Positions 38,003-48,346 of a DNA stretch of 64,000 nucleotides are shown here, in pieces. Position 1 is the first letter of the stretch. Each line of letters begins with the position of its first letter. Under the pieces are notes generated by a model. The model did not search any database. It was not told the DNA's origin and saw only the letters and a program-made list of their open reading frames with translations. Location: assembly GCA_050012255.1 (NCBI GenBank), contig JBEKHN010000011.1, positions 1 through 64,000 of the forward strand, in the 5' to 3' direction. This stretch comes from Candidatus Bathyarchaeia archaeon (GTDB taxonomy: Archaea > Thermoproteota > Bathyarchaeia > Bathyarchaeales > Bathycorpusculaceae). A program made the position numbers and the translations under genes.

Positions 38003-39166
38003 CTACCCTCTTAATTCTTTTACTATCTTGTTTAAATCTTGCAGCAAATCCTCAACGTGCCGCTCCTGAACGTGAGGCATTATGACGATTCGAATGTGGC
38101 GCGGAAAGAGAGAGACAGCCCATTTTCTAAGCCTCAATTCCTCAGCTATCCTACGGACATCGAACACGTCTGATATCAACCCAACAATGTTCATTGTCGG
38201 CTCCATTGCAACGCTCAACCCCTCAATCTTCGGAATATCTTCCGCAAGCCTCAGCGTTAGCCGCATGCACTTTCCAACGATTTTTCCGTAACCTTCTCTT
38301 CCAAGATGCTTCATCACGGTCCAGACAGCGATGGCTGAGGCGCCTGAACGTGTTCCAGCAAGTGTCGCTTGTTCGGTTTCTCCGCCCGCTAGGTAAGCGA
38401 TGTCCCATGACACTTTCTTTCTAAGACTTTCATTACGGAACAATAACCCGCCAGCCGGGATTGCAGCTAAACCCATCTTGTGCGGGTCAATCGTTATGGA
38501 AAGGACCCCGGGGACAGCAAAGTCAAAATTCTGCACCTTATATCCTAAGTCTCTCAAAAACGGAAGCACGAACCCTCCGAAAGCGGCGTCCACGTGGAAG
38601 TACAGGTTCTTTTCCAAGGCGAGCTCGGAGAGCTCGTCTATCGGATCGACTGCACCTAGCCCCGTTGAGCCGGCTATGCCCACGATCGCTATAGTTTTCC
38701 GATTTATCGCGTTTTTGACGGCTCCCACATCGACTTGGAACTTGTTGTTCAACCTCACTTTGACGAGTTTCAAGCCTAGCAGATCTGCGGCCTTGTCGAA
38801 GGAGCAGTGAGCTGATCCGGGCACTACCACTTCACAGCTGGTTTTCTTGGCAAGCTTCTTGGCGGCCCATAGCGCGAGAACGTTGGCTTCTGTCCCCCCT
38901 GTAACTATGTGCCCTGATGCTTCTGGATTCGATAGAAGAGTGCCGAGCATGCTAATTGTTTCTCTTTCTATTTCTGCCACTGCACGGAAAAGTCCAGAGT
39001 CCCCCAGGTTCTTCTCGAGAAAACGACCGTACACTCTTCTGGCTAGTGGATGCGGGCATGTGCACATTGAACCGATGATTCTTCCAGAATTGTACGTGAA
39101 ATCTTCTTGCAGCCTTGACTCAAGGGTTTCCATGAGTGTTTTTTCAGGCAAGCCTTTGGCATTCAT
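38003..39166 (-). CDS. mfnA: PLP-dependent tyrosine/aspartate decarboxylase (MfnA family; beta-alanine supply)
   Basis: GSMCT.PH, NLGD.GLF, GGTEAN, HVDAAFGG, IDPHKMG, GTRSG. Confidence 0.93.
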   Translation of the reverse strand: MNAKGLPEKTLMETLESRLQEDFTYNSGRIIGSMCTCPHPLARRVYGRFLEKNLGDSGLFRAVAEIERETISMLGTLLSNPEASGHIVTGGTEANVLALWAAKKLAKKTSCEVVVPGSAHCSFDKAADLLGLKLVKVRLNNKFQVDVGAVKNAINRKTIAIVGIAGSTGLGAVDPIDELSELALEKNLYFHVDAAFGGFVLPFLRDLGYKVQNFDFAVPGVLSITIDPHKMGLAAIPAGGLLFRNESLRKKVSWDIAYLAGGETEQATLAGTRSGASAIAVWTVMKHLGREGYGKIVGKCMRLTLRLAEDIPKIEGLSVAMEPTMNIVGLISDVFDVRRIAEELRLRKWAVSLFPRHIRIVIMPHVQERHVEDLLQDLNKIVKELRG

Positions 39167-39187
39167 TCTTCACGACCCCCATGCAGC

Positions 39188-39958
39188 TTAATGGTAGGTG
39201 TGTTCCTCGTCCGGGTATTTGCCCGTGGAGACTTCTTCGATGAACTTCGCCACAGCTTCCGTTATCGTCTTGTTCAGATTCGCGTACGCCTTCACATATT
39301 TCGGTTTGAAGACCTCGTCGAAACCAAGCATATCATTTACAACCAAGACCTGTCCGTCACAGTGTTTTCCGGCTCCGATGCCTATCGTGGGAACAGTTAC
39401 GGATTCGGTTATCGTTTTTGCCAGACTTTCAGGAATGCATTCTAGCACTATGGAAAACACGCCGAGTCTATCCAGAGCCTGAGCGTCCTGCAAAATCTGC
39501 GCGGCTTCTCCAAGATTTTTTCCTTTAACGTGGTAGGCTTCCGCCATTTGAGGGAGCATTCCGACGTGACCCATCACGGGAATTCCGCCACTTATCAAGG
39601 CTCTTATGGCATCTGTTTTCTTTCCTTCGATTTTGACTCCGTGCGCTCCTGCTTCCAGAAATTGTCTGGCGTTCTTTAGGCAGTCTTGTACGGCGTTGCA
39701 ACTGTTGATCGGCATGTCTCCGATTATCGGCTTGGATCTGACTCCTCTTGCCACTGCCTTCATGTGAAAAATCATGTCTGCCATCGTCACGCTTTTGGTG
39801 TCGCTGTAACCCTGCACCACCATGCCTGAACTGTCGCCCACAAGAATCAAGTCGACGTCAGTGTGATCCAGTATCCTGCCCATCTGAAAGTCGTAGGCCG
39901 TCAACATTGTGATTCTTTCTCTGCCTTTCTTTTGCTTAATTTTTTCTTGAAAGTTCAC
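39188..39958 (-). CDS. panB: 3-methyl-2-oxobutanoate hydroxymethyltransferase
   Basis: MLTAYD, LVGDS, DMP, VKIEG, MGHVG..PQ, TIGIGAG..CDGQVLV. Confidence 0.97.
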   Translation of the reverse strand: MNFQEKIKQKKGRERITMLTAYDFQMGRILDHTDVDLILVGDSSGMVVQGYSDTKSVTMADMIFHMKAVARGVRSKPIIGDMPINSCNAVQDCLKNARQFLEAGAHGVKIEGKKTDAIRALISGGIPVMGHVGMLPQMAEAYHVKGKNLGEAAQILQDAQALDRLGVFSIVLECIPESLAKTITESVTVPTIGIGAGKHCDGQVLVVNDMLGFDEVFKPKYVKAYANLNKTITEAVAKFIEEVSTGKYPDEEHTYH

Positions 39959-40844
39959 CTTTTTCCTCCAGAAATTTTATGAGATGGACGAGGGTTTCGT
40001 TCACTGGTGTCGGGATATGGTGTTTTGCACCGAGCTCAACTATTTTTCCGTTGAGGAAGTCAATTTCTGTTCTCTTCCCCCTCATTATGTCTTGGCACAT
40101 CGAAGAGTAATTTGTGTAGCTGCTGATCTCCTTGCCGATTGCTTTTTCTAAATCCTTCGGAAAGGTTACTCCTTCAGCGTTTCCAACTTGGACGCATTCT
40201 TGGATAATCTGATGCCTAACTTCTGCCAGAGGCTGCGTGGAGATTTCGCGATTTTTAACGCGAAAGATTGCGGTCAGTGGGTTTATCACGCTGTTGAGGA
40301 CGACCTTACTCCATGTTTCGTTGTTGATGTTCTTGGAAACGTGTGCCTTGAGACCGGAGTTATTCATTGTGGCTGCGATTTCCTCCGCCACACCATCGTG
40401 TTCGATTGTTGTTTCACCTGTCCAATACTTTATCTCTCCTGCTTTGAAGAACTCTGCCGCCATGTTTGTTATTCCTCTTAAAACCTTGGCTTTGTAGCCG
40501 GCAGCGCGTTTGACGATCTTTTCGTTTTGAAGACCATTCTGGAGAACCAGAATGACCGTGTCTTTCCTGAGAAGTCTACTTATTTCTTCCACCGCCTTTT
40601 CCGAGTCATAAGCCTTTGTGGTCAGGAAAATCAGAGTTCCCTGAGGTATTTCTCGAATTTGCGTGTCAGCCCCTAAGCGAAAAGTTTCATTAATGTTGCT
40701 TGAGACTAACAAACCCTTTGATTTTACGGCCTCTACGTGTGCCTTGTTTCCAATTAGAGTTGCATCATTCTTTTTTGATAGCAGAGCGCCGATGACACTT
40801 CCTATGGCACCAGCGCCTAGGATGAAAATCTTGTTGAATGTCAC
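39936..40844 (-). CDS. panE: Ketopantoate reductase
   Basis: GAGAIGS, TKAYD, LQNG, W.K...N..INPLTA, SSMCQD....TEIDFLNG. Confidence 0.95.
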   Translation of the reverse strand: MTFNKIFILGAGAIGSVIGALLSKKNDATLIGNKAHVEAVKSKGLLVSSNINETFRLGADTQIREIPQGTLIFLTTKAYDSEKAVEEISRLLRKDTVILVLQNGLQNEKIVKRAAGYKAKVLRGITNMAAEFFKAGEIKYWTGETTIEHDGVAEEIAATMNNSGLKAHVSKNINNETWSKVVLNSVINPLTAIFRVKNREISTQPLAEVRHQIIQECVQVGNAEGVTFPKDLEKAIGKEISSYTNYSSMCQDIMRGKRTEIDFLNGKIVELGAKHHIPTPVNETLVHLIKFLEEKGELSRKN

Positions 40845-41635
40845 ATTGCTCGCCCTCGTTCAGTAACCCCTTCTGCTGCGAACTTTGAGAGGTTTTCTTT
40901 GATCAGAATTATGGATTTGGCGAGGTTTTTCCTGTTGTCAAAGTTTCCTAATATTTCTCTACATTTGCCCACGCCTTGATTTTTCAGCTTCCCAACAGTT
41001 TCAACAAGCTTCGGCGCTGATCTTACAATGTTGTCGACTATCGTGATGGTCGCTTTTACCGCCGTCCGAGAAAGAGGGTTCAAGTCTATTGCTATCACCT
41101 TTTTTCCAATCTTAACAAGAGCTTCCGTCCTATCTCCATCTTCCAATGGCACCATGACAACGTCAGCCGCAAGTATCCCCCTTGGATCAACGCGTCGCCT
41201 CTCGCTGCTTAACTCTGGAATTCTTGCAGATGCGTTTTTTCCTACTCCAAGAACTTCATGCGCACCTGCTTTTTCAAGCAACTTCTTTATTGCAAGCTCC
41301 CTTGCACGAGATCTGTAAAAGAGGTTGACTTCAATCTTCGATCCTGTAACGTTGGCGAGCTTCACAACTTCTTCAGCAACTAAAGCCGCAGTGTTCCCGT
41401 TGACAGAGATAACAGGATTTCTTGCTGTCAGAAACATGGCTGCTGCAGCTTCAATGGCTTCCAGAGCCGGTTTGCTGGTTTTTTCGCCCAGCAAGTAATC
41501 GAAAGCTTCTCCACGACCATGCGCAATGAGGCCTGAAGCAGCGACGATTCCTTCGAGATAACTATTGATCAGCTTCTCTCGTGTGAACAAGGACTTTGCT
41601 CTTGGATGATCATCGGGGATCTTAGTATCAGTCAC
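40841..41635 (-). CDS. 4-phosphopantoate--beta-alanine ligase (archaeal phosphopantothenate synthetase)
   Basis: HPRA.SL..RE, GLIAHGRGEAFDYLLGE, VISVNGN, VPLEDGDR, IDLNPLSRT. Confidence 0.95.
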   Translation of the reverse strand: MTDTKIPDDHPRAKSLFTREKLINSYLEGIVAASGLIAHGRGEAFDYLLGEKTSKPALEAIEAAAAMFLTARNPVISVNGNTAALVAEEVVKLANVTGSKIEVNLFYRSRARELAIKKLLEKAGAHEVLGVGKNASARIPELSSERRRVDPRGILAADVVMVPLEDGDRTEALVKIGKKVIAIDLNPLSRTAVKATITIVDNIVRSAPKLVETVGKLKNQGVGKCREILGNFDNRKNLAKSIILIKENLSKFAAEGVTERGRAM

Positions 41636-42549
41636 TGAAGTCGCGCTCCTTCATGATCCACCTTGCTTACGACTGTATGACCGCCGGAGCCATCTTTACG
41701 AAAGACCTGAAGAATTCGCCCGAGCCTATCTTCGTCGGCTATTGTGAAAGCGCATTCTCCGAACATCGGCATACTGCACACTACACCAGCTTCGTCCGCT
41801 GCGTCTAAGATGTTTCTGACTTTCTCAGTTATGAGTCCAACATGTTCAGCGAACTGGCGAGATAGCCTCATGAAGTTGATGATGGTTGGTGCTTTGACCA
41901 ATTCGTTCACTAGCTCCCCGCCAAATCTGTTTATTCGCGAGCGAGTTTCCGGGTCGGTCAGGTATTTTCTCGTGGAAAGGGGTCCGAAAACGTGGCAGGC
42001 AACCACAGCGTTTTCTGGGGTTGGAAGGCACCTAATCTCCCCGATTCCAGGCGCTCCTGGTTTGATCCTGATTTCAAGCCCGCCGAACGTTTCGGCTATG
42101 ACTGTTCCAAGCCCAGTCTTGCATTCGATTTCAGCGATGTGGGCAATTTGGGCAGACTGTATTTTGGACATGCCTAACCCTAGGGCTTCGTTCAAGGCAA
42201 GGGCAAGACTTAGCGCTGCAGCTCCACTCGTCCCGAACCCTGCTCCTATTGGAGCTTGTATCTGATGTTCAACTGTGATTTCAAAGTGGGATGCCTCGCT
42301 CAACCGCGAAAGAAAAGCGCTGACAACATGTTTTGATACGTGCGCACAGTCTGCGGCTTGATGGTTGATGTTGACTTTCAAACGGGGTCTGGGACCTTTT
42401 TCGACTTTAACGGTTGTTTTGGCCCCTAAATTCAATGAAACGCCAGCACCTTTGGAGCCCGCGCTTAAAATGTCTGCTGATTGATCAAATATCTGGAAGA
42501 TCCCCGTGATGTGGCAGGGTGCAAACGCCGCAGCTTCTTCCAATTTCAA
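41632..42549 (-). CDS. Pantoate kinase (GHMP family)
   Basis: AFAP.HITG.F, GSKGAG, PIGAGFGTSGA, AHIAEI..KTGLG, GG.EIR..PGAPG. Confidence 0.93.
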   Translation of the reverse strand: MKLEEAAAFAPCHITGIFQIFDQSADILSAGSKGAGVSLNLGAKTTVKVEKGPRPRLKVNINHQAADCAHVSKHVVSAFLSRLSEASHFEITVEHQIQAPIGAGFGTSGAAALSLALALNEALGLGMSKIQSAQIAHIAEIECKTGLGTVIAETFGGLEIRIKPGAPGIGEIRCLPTPENAVVACHVFGPLSTRKYLTDPETRSRINRFGGELVNELVKAPTIINFMRLSRQFAEHVGLITEKVRNILDAADEAGVVCSMPMFGECAFTIADEDRLGRILQVFRKDGSGGHTVVSKVDHEGARLQ

Positions 42550-43026
42550 CGCCTAGAGGTCAAGTTTAATGAAATGGCTTCAAATAAAAATTCTGTATGG
42601 ACTGTTTAAACACGTCTAGATTTGATGAACCTTTCACTGAACCCTCCCAGGATTGGCCATTAAATCCACAGCAAAACTGGGACGTTTGGGTCGCTTGGGA
42701 TGCTCTCCACTCTATTTCCACGTTTGGTGTCGCAGTGAACGCTGACCATATTTGTATCATATGTCAGACCGGAGGGGTAGGCCGTACGCGCACATGACCA
42801 GAAAGGCCGCGGCCATCATCGGGCATCACGCAGTCGTCAAGGCCGAACAAGAAAAAATAGAATTGCACGGGATATATCTCCACCATGCGCAGTTTGTTTA
42901 ACCAAGTTTAGACCCATCTTTGCTTCGTGCGCCACCGAAACGTTCTTCACTCGCCCATCGGGCGCTTTCGAGCCGCTTAAATATGGAAACGCCTACTTCG
43001 TACTAAACGCGAACCGAGGCTCCTAG

Positions 43027-43716
43027 ATGATTGAAAACCATTCTTCTCGGCACGTGTTCACGCTGCTTAAGCTGGCCGAAATGGGAGCCCATCGAAGAAC
43101 CGCCAAAATATCCACTGAGTACCTAGCTCAGAAGCTGAACATATCTCAGCAGACAGCGTCGAGATATCTTATCGAGCTTGACCGCAAGGGGTGGATCAAC
43201 AGGACCATAACGCCTGAGGGCTGCCTCATAAGAATCACGCAGACAGGCATCACAGAGTTGAAAAAGCTCTATTCAACCCTGCGCTTCCTGATGGAGGCAA
43301 CCTATCCACCGTCGATAACTCTGGAGGGAACGGTTTTCACCGGTCTCGGAGAAGGAGCCTACTACATCTCAAGAGAAGGGTACAGAAAGCAGTTCATCGA
43401 GAAACTGGGGTTTGACCCTTACCCGGGAACCCTCAACCTGCGGCTCACAACTGATTATGACGTCAAGGCTCGAAACGAACTTGAAGCTTACCCCGCTGTG
43501 GACATTGAAGGCTTCAAGAGTGAAGACCGAACGTTCGGACCGGTGAAATGCTACCCTGTGATAGTAGAGAACAAGGCAAAAGGCGCCTTGATCCTAGCGC
43601 TCAGAAGCCACTACGATGCTTCCGTTCTCGAAATCATCGCTCCAATTCCCCTGAGAAAACACCTCAAGCTCAAGGATGGACACAAGGCTAAAGTCGAGGT
43701 CTTAACCCTCCCATGA
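43027..43716 (+). CDS. ribK: CTP-dependent riboflavin kinase with N-terminal HTH (RbkR type)
   Basis: ISQQTASR HTH; G.V.TGLGEGAYY, GFDPYPGTLN, LEIIAP..LR..L.LKDG. Confidence 0.93.
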   Translation: MIENHSSRHVFTLLKLAEMGAHRRTAKISTEYLAQKLNISQQTASRYLIELDRKGWINRTITPEGCLIRITQTGITELKKLYSTLRFLMEATYPPSITLEGTVFTGLGEGAYYISREGYRKQFIEKLGFDPYPGTLNLRLTTDYDVKARNELEAYPAVDIEGFKSEDRTFGPVKCYPVIVENKAKGALILALRSHYDASVLEIIAPIPLRKHLKLKDGHKAKVEVLTLP

Positions 43717-43886
43717 GTCCCGAACGCGCGATTTATCCTGCATCTGATGTGTGAAATAGGGGTTCGGGTTCTTCTAGCCTTAGACTTTACCCTCCGCCTT
43801 GCGGTGTCGATCCTCCGCTTGGACAGCCACATAACTCTCTCTGACGATGGCTGACGACTACGCGAGCCGTTGAGCTAGAGTTGGCC

Positions 43887-44990
43887 TCAACCTGGTTCAA
43901 TGAAGCTTGTTATTTGCCTCTGGCTTTTCCCTATTCCAGTTAAGGTTGAAACCTTGACGCCGACTCTTCGTGTTTCGAGCTGAGTGTCGCTCTGAAACTT
44001 TACAAAAAGCTCAGCCACAGTCTTCTTCATCAGTTCAAGGCTGTTCGACGGGTTTTCGAACGTTCTGGACCTGGTGTGAACCTTCATGTCCTTCGTGATC
44101 GCAATTATGCCTACTGTTTTGAAAGTGAGCTTTTCCTCCATGATCCTGTCGTATACCTCGTTGCAAAGGTGATCAGTCTCGTCTAAGATGAGAGTCAGAT
44201 CCTTAGTGTCTTGTTTCAAAGTGGCAATCCTGCTTATAGATTCTGCTTCGCCCCTTTCCTGGACAGGTTCGTTGTCCACGCCGAGTGAAGCGTTGTGGAA
44301 ATAGGTTCCAAGGGTCTTGCCGAACACTGCAATCAACTTCTGCACATCATAGTTTGCCAGGTCGCCGACCTTGCTTATTCCCAACGTCTGCATCTTTTCC
44401 AGTGTCTTGGTTCCAACACCGATGAGCCGATTCACCGGAAGTGGTGCCAGAAAACTCGTGATTGAAACCGGGTCTATAACGGTCAAACCGTCCGGTTTTT
44501 TCTCGTCGGCGGCGATCTTTGCGACAAGCTTGTTGGGCCCAACCCCGACTGAACAGGTGAGTTTCTGCTGATGTCGCATCTCAGTCTTTATCGTCTCAGC
44601 CAACAGCTTGGCTTCTTGAAAACTTCCACCTACCCGTTCGGTCACATCAAGGTACGCCTCATCTATGCCCACTTGCTCGAATTGGTCAGCGTAGGCTTCG
44701 AGAAGGTTCATCACCTTCTCTGAAACTTCCTCGTAGAACTGATGGTCAACTGGCAGAAATGCGGCATCAACGCTTTCGAGTTTCTTTTTCGCCAAAAAAA
44801 TCGGCATGCCAGACTTCACTCCGTATTTTCGAGCGATATAGTTTGCAGTGCTCACGGCTCCGCTGTCTTTGCTGCGCCCAGAATAGACGCAGACCACTAC
44901 TGGTTTGTCTCTGAGCGCTGGGTTTCGCAGCTCCTCGCATTGCGCAAAGAAGTAGTCCAAGTCAACCAGCATTATGACTCTTGTCGACAA
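43887..44990 (-). CDS. dinB: Y-family DNA polymerase IV (DinB/Dpo4)
   Basis: VDLDYFFAQCE, TANY.AR..GV.SGM, GIDEAYLD, NKLVAKIA...KPDG; C-terminal PIP-like QRQITSF. Confidence 0.95.
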   Translation of the reverse strand: MSTRVIMLVDLDYFFAQCEELRNPALRDKPVVVCVYSGRSKDSGAVSTANYIARKYGVKSGMPIFLAKKKLESVDAAFLPVDHQFYEEVSEKVMNLLEAYADQFEQVGIDEAYLDVTERVGGSFQEAKLLAETIKTEMRHQQKLTCSVGVGPNKLVAKIAADEKKPDGLTVIDPVSITSFLAPLPVNRLIGVGTKTLEKMQTLGISKVGDLANYDVQKLIAVFGKTLGTYFHNASLGVDNEPVQERGEAESISRIATLKQDTKDLTLILDETDHLCNEVYDRIMEEKLTFKTVGIIAITKDMKVHTRSRTFENPSNSLELMKKTVAELFVKFQSDTQLETRRVGVKVSTLTGIGKSQRQITSFIEPG

Positions 44991-45054
44991 AGGCTGCCAC
45001 AGATGGATGAAGAATCAATAAGATGATTTACGTTTTTCCTCTTTTGATTCCTAT

Positions 45055-45447
45055 TCAGGCTTCGGTCACGTGAAGCGTCACCTTCTCTCCGCTGCGATTG
45101 TAGACGACCACGTATTCCTTGTTTCTGAAGGGAAACGCTGTGATCATGAGTACCACGCCGAAGAAATGGTTTAGGTCAGTGTGTGAAGGCATCAGGTTTC
45201 CTGAAGGGTGACTGTGCGCTGTTCCCACGATAGAGAAGTCCATGGGCAGCATGTGAAGCGGAAGGCTTGCGAAGCCTCTACCGTACTTGGCGAGCGGGGG
45301 GATGAGAAGGTCACTTATTTCTATAGAGTTCTTGTTTTTTCTTCCCCTGAGAAGCAAGATTGTTTCCTTAGGATATAGCCTCCTTGCACCCTCAAGAATT
45401 GCTTCAAGCAACTCTTTGTTTATGGAAATCATAAAACCCGCGTTCAT
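45055..45447 (-). CDS. JAMM/MPN+ metalloprotease
   Basis: YPKE...HSHPSGNLMPSHTD fits E...HxHx7Sx2D; start uncertain. Confidence 0.88.
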   Translation of the reverse strand: MNAGFMISINKELLEAILEGARRLYPKETILLLRGRKNKNSIEISDLLIPPLAKYGRGFASLPLHMLPMDFSIVGTAHSHPSGNLMPSHTDLNHFFGVVLMITAFPFRNKEYVVVYNRSGEKVTLHVTEA

Positions 45448-45496
45448 AACTTTCACAGGCTTTCTAATGTTTGACCCATGTTGCAGTTACAGATCG

Positions 45497-46240
45497 CTAT
45501 TCTTCTCTCCACCTGCTCTTGATGGCCACCAACAGCAACGAGACTACGGTCGTTATGATAAGAACGAGCCAGCGAAGCAGGGCTATTTCAGACGTTAAAG
45601 GCGAAATACCTGCGTAAGACTTTATCAATCCTGCAGCATTCGAAGTTGGAAAAATGATTGCCAACCACTGGAAACTCCCCCAAACCTGCTCAGAATAGAA
45701 TACAGGTGGCAGGAAAATGAACAGTATTCCAAGGATGTTGGACACATTGTTCAGCGTGTTTATGTTCGCGTTCCTCAGATAGGTCGACATGACGAACCCG
45801 ATGCTGCTTAAAGCCGCCCAGCACAGAAACACCGCGCCTATAACCCAGCCTAGCGACGAAAGAGGAAGGATCCGAAAAACAGTGGAAATCACTATGAAGA
45901 TTATGAAACCAGGAGACGCGTACAACAGCTTGGACAATGCCACACCGAAGGAGTAGGAAAGAGGGTGAACAGGCATGGCCACGATCATCTCTCTTATTTT
46001 CACGTACCGGTCCCAAGTAATATCCTGCACGGCTGAGGCCAAACCGATGAAGCCGATGGAACCGACCATTCCGCCCACGAGGGCGTAGGCGTAGTTTTGC
46101 CCCCCGAAGAAGTAGGTGAAGAACAGCGGAATAAAACTCAAGAAGGTTATGATGATTAACGTCAACGGCTGTCTCTTAATGTCCGGAATCGCCTTCATAG
46201 TAGCGATGATGTAGACGTCTTTCAAAGGTTTAAGGTTCAT
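45497..46240 (-). CDS. ABC-2 type permease
   Basis: About six TMs, PPVFY, FPTS; overlaps the ATPase stop. Confidence 0.85.
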   Translation of the reverse strand: MNLKPLKDVYIIATMKAIPDIKRQPLTLIIITFLSFIPLFFTYFFGGQNYAYALVGGMVGSIGFIGLASAVQDITWDRYVKIREMIVAMPVHPLSYSFGVALSKLLYASPGFIIFIVISTVFRILPLSSLGWVIGAVFLCWAALSSIGFVMSTYLRNANINTLNNVSNILGILFIFLPPVFYSEQVWGSFQWLAIIFPTSNAAGLIKSYAGISPLTSEIALLRWLVLIITTVVSLLLVAIKSRWREE

Positions 46241-47147
46241 ACTGTTCTCCTCCGACAAGCTCAACAAAAACGTCTTCAAGCGTGGTCGGCGCGATCTCAG
46301 CCTTCAACCCCCTCTTCAGCGCCGCTCTCGTAAGTTCCAAGGCCGCATCCTCAGCCTTGAAGTAGAAGATTTGCCTGCTGCCAAACTTCGCAGTACGACA
46401 AATCGCCTGCAGAGCGGAAATGTCCTCCAGCTTGCCTTCCACGACAACGCGATACTTCTCCTTTGCCAAACCCCTTATCTCCTGAGGGGTCCCCTCAGCA
46501 ACGACCATTCCCTTGTTAATAACGGCCAGCCTGTCGGACAGCATCTCCGCTTCCTCCATGATGTGCGTCGTCAACAGGATAGACCTGCCCTGTCCAACCA
46601 TTTCCCTGAGTACCGCCCAGACCTTTCTTCTTGCTACTGCATCCAACCCACTCGTCGGCTCATCAAGCATCAGAAGGTTAGCATCAGAGCACAACACAGA
46701 AGCTATTACGGCACGTTTCCTCTCCCCGCCGGAAAGGTTAGTGCACTGCCGGTTTCTCAGACCCCATAAGTCAACAGCCTTCAAAGCCTTCTCGCCGTTT
46801 CTCTGCACCTCACCCTTCGACATGCCGCGCAACATCGAGAAGTAATAGCAGTACTCCCAAGGTGTAAAGCTGCCATAGGTCTGAACGTCCTGTGGAACAA
46901 CAGCAATATGCCTGCGCACATCCTTCGGCTCCCTCGTCACATTGAGCCCAAAAACATACGCCTCCCCGCTGGTCAGCAGAAGCTGCGTAGCAATTATTCT
47001 CAGAAAAGTCGTCTTCCCTGCACCGTTCGGGCCCAAGAGAGTAAATAGCTCACCCTTTTTTACAGAGAGATTTACCCCTTTGAGAGCGTGAACAGTCTCT
47101 TTGCCCTTGTAAACCTTGACCAGGTCAACAGTTTTCACAGCTTCCAT
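46230..47147 (-). CDS. ABC transporter ATP-binding protein
   Basis: GPNGAGKTT, LSGGERKR, LDEPTSGLD, TTH.MEEAE; ATG 47147. Confidence 0.95.
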   Translation of the reverse strand: MEAVKTVDLVKVYKGKETVHALKGVNLSVKKGELFTLLGPNGAGKTTFLRIIATQLLLTSGEAYVFGLNVTREPKDVRRHIAVVPQDVQTYGSFTPWEYCYYFSMLRGMSKGEVQRNGEKALKAVDLWGLRNRQCTNLSGGERKRAVIASVLCSDANLLMLDEPTSGLDAVARRKVWAVLREMVGQGRSILLTTHIMEEAEMLSDRLAVINKGMVVAEGTPQEIRGLAKEKYRVVVEGKLEDISALQAICRTAKFGSRQIFYFKAEDAALELTRAALKRGLKAEIAPTTLEDVFVELVGGEQYEP

Positions 47148-47456
47148 CACTTTATGCTCCTTTAAGCATGCTGAACCAGCGTAAACGAAAGTTCTCAGGC
47201 AAAGAGAAGCTGACAACTTACAGCTTCGTTTCCCATTCATAAAGGCCAGATATAAGAGTTGCCATAAAAACAGAAGACAAAACGAACGCAGGCTGGCCCA
47301 CAGTCGCTCATGAAAACCAGCGCCACAAAACAATACCGTTGAACATAGTTTGTGACTCCCAAGGTTCCAAGCCTTGTTCTTCTTCTCTCTGACCCTAAAA
47401 TGTCTGTCAGACGACAAAGGATAGCATCTGATGAGATCAAAACGTAATTAAGAGCA

Positions 47457-48314
47457 ATGTGGGTTTCAGTCTTGGCGGATATTAACTTGACTGCCTGGCG
47501 TCTGCTAGAAGTTGAAATTTATGACGCGTTCATGAACATGGCTATTGATGAAGCTATTCTAAGAGCGAGAATTCAAAGCGTAGTACCGAACACTCTAAGA
47601 TTCTATCGCTGGAAACCCTCCGCCGTTTCTGTTGGAAGATTCGAAAACATAGAGAAAGAAGTCCAACTGGACAACTGTAGAAAACACAACGTTGATGTCG
47701 TAAGACGGATAACAGGCGGAGGCACAGTCTACCATGACGCTCAAGACGAGATCACCTACAGCGTGATCGCCAGAAAAGAGGACTTGGGAGCTGAAGAAAT
47801 AACCGCGATCTACTCTAGAATCTACGCTGGCCTAGCTGAAGCACTCCGAATACTTGGTATTCACGCAGATTTCAACCAAGGCACAGCAAAAGCCTGCCCC
47901 AACTTAACGGTCAACGGAAAGAAAATCTCTGGAAGCGCTCAGGCTCACAGAAGCGGGGCCTTTCTGCAGCACGGGACGCTTCTCTCTGAAGTCAACCTGG
48001 AAAGGATGTTCACTTTCCTTCGCGTTCCTTGGGCCAAAACACGTATGCAAATCGTGAGCATTGCAGAGAATAGAATCACTTCAATAAACGATGAACTTGG
48101 AAAAACTGTTTCAGCAGCAGAAGTCAAAGATGCGCTGGTTAAGGGTTTCGAAAAAGCTTTAGACAGCAGACTCAGGAGCGGAGAGCTAACTGCGGGTGAG
48201 CTAGAGCTTTCTAAACATCTTTGCCAGGAAAAATACGCTACTGACGACTGGAACCTCAACGGCAGAACCAACGAACAGAAGCAAGAAGACTTTACAAGAC
48301 ACGTGTTGTATTAA
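47457..48314 (+). CDS. lplA: Lipoate-protein ligase family protein (catalytic domain only)
   Basis: NMAIDEA, TLRFYRW, VVRRITGGGTVYHD, GKKISGSAQ, LQHGTL. Confidence 0.88.
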   Translation: MWVSVLADINLTAWRLLEVEIYDAFMNMAIDEAILRARIQSVVPNTLRFYRWKPSAVSVGRFENIEKEVQLDNCRKHNVDVVRRITGGGTVYHDAQDEITYSVIARKEDLGAEEITAIYSRIYAGLAEALRILGIHADFNQGTAKACPNLTVNGKKISGSAQAHRSGAFLQHGTLLSEVNLERMFTFLRVPWAKTRMQIVSIAENRITSINDELGKTVSAAEVKDALVKGFEKALDSRLRSGELTAGELELSKHLCQEKYATDDWNLNGRTNEQKQEDFTRHVLY

Positions 48315-48346
48315 GGAGCGAACGAAGAAATGCGACGACGCGCCGA

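Noticed and set aside
42550-43026. Riboswitch or small gene between the CoA operon and ribK
   Set aside because: No FMN or other riboswitch consensus recognised; the short ORFs on both strands lack support
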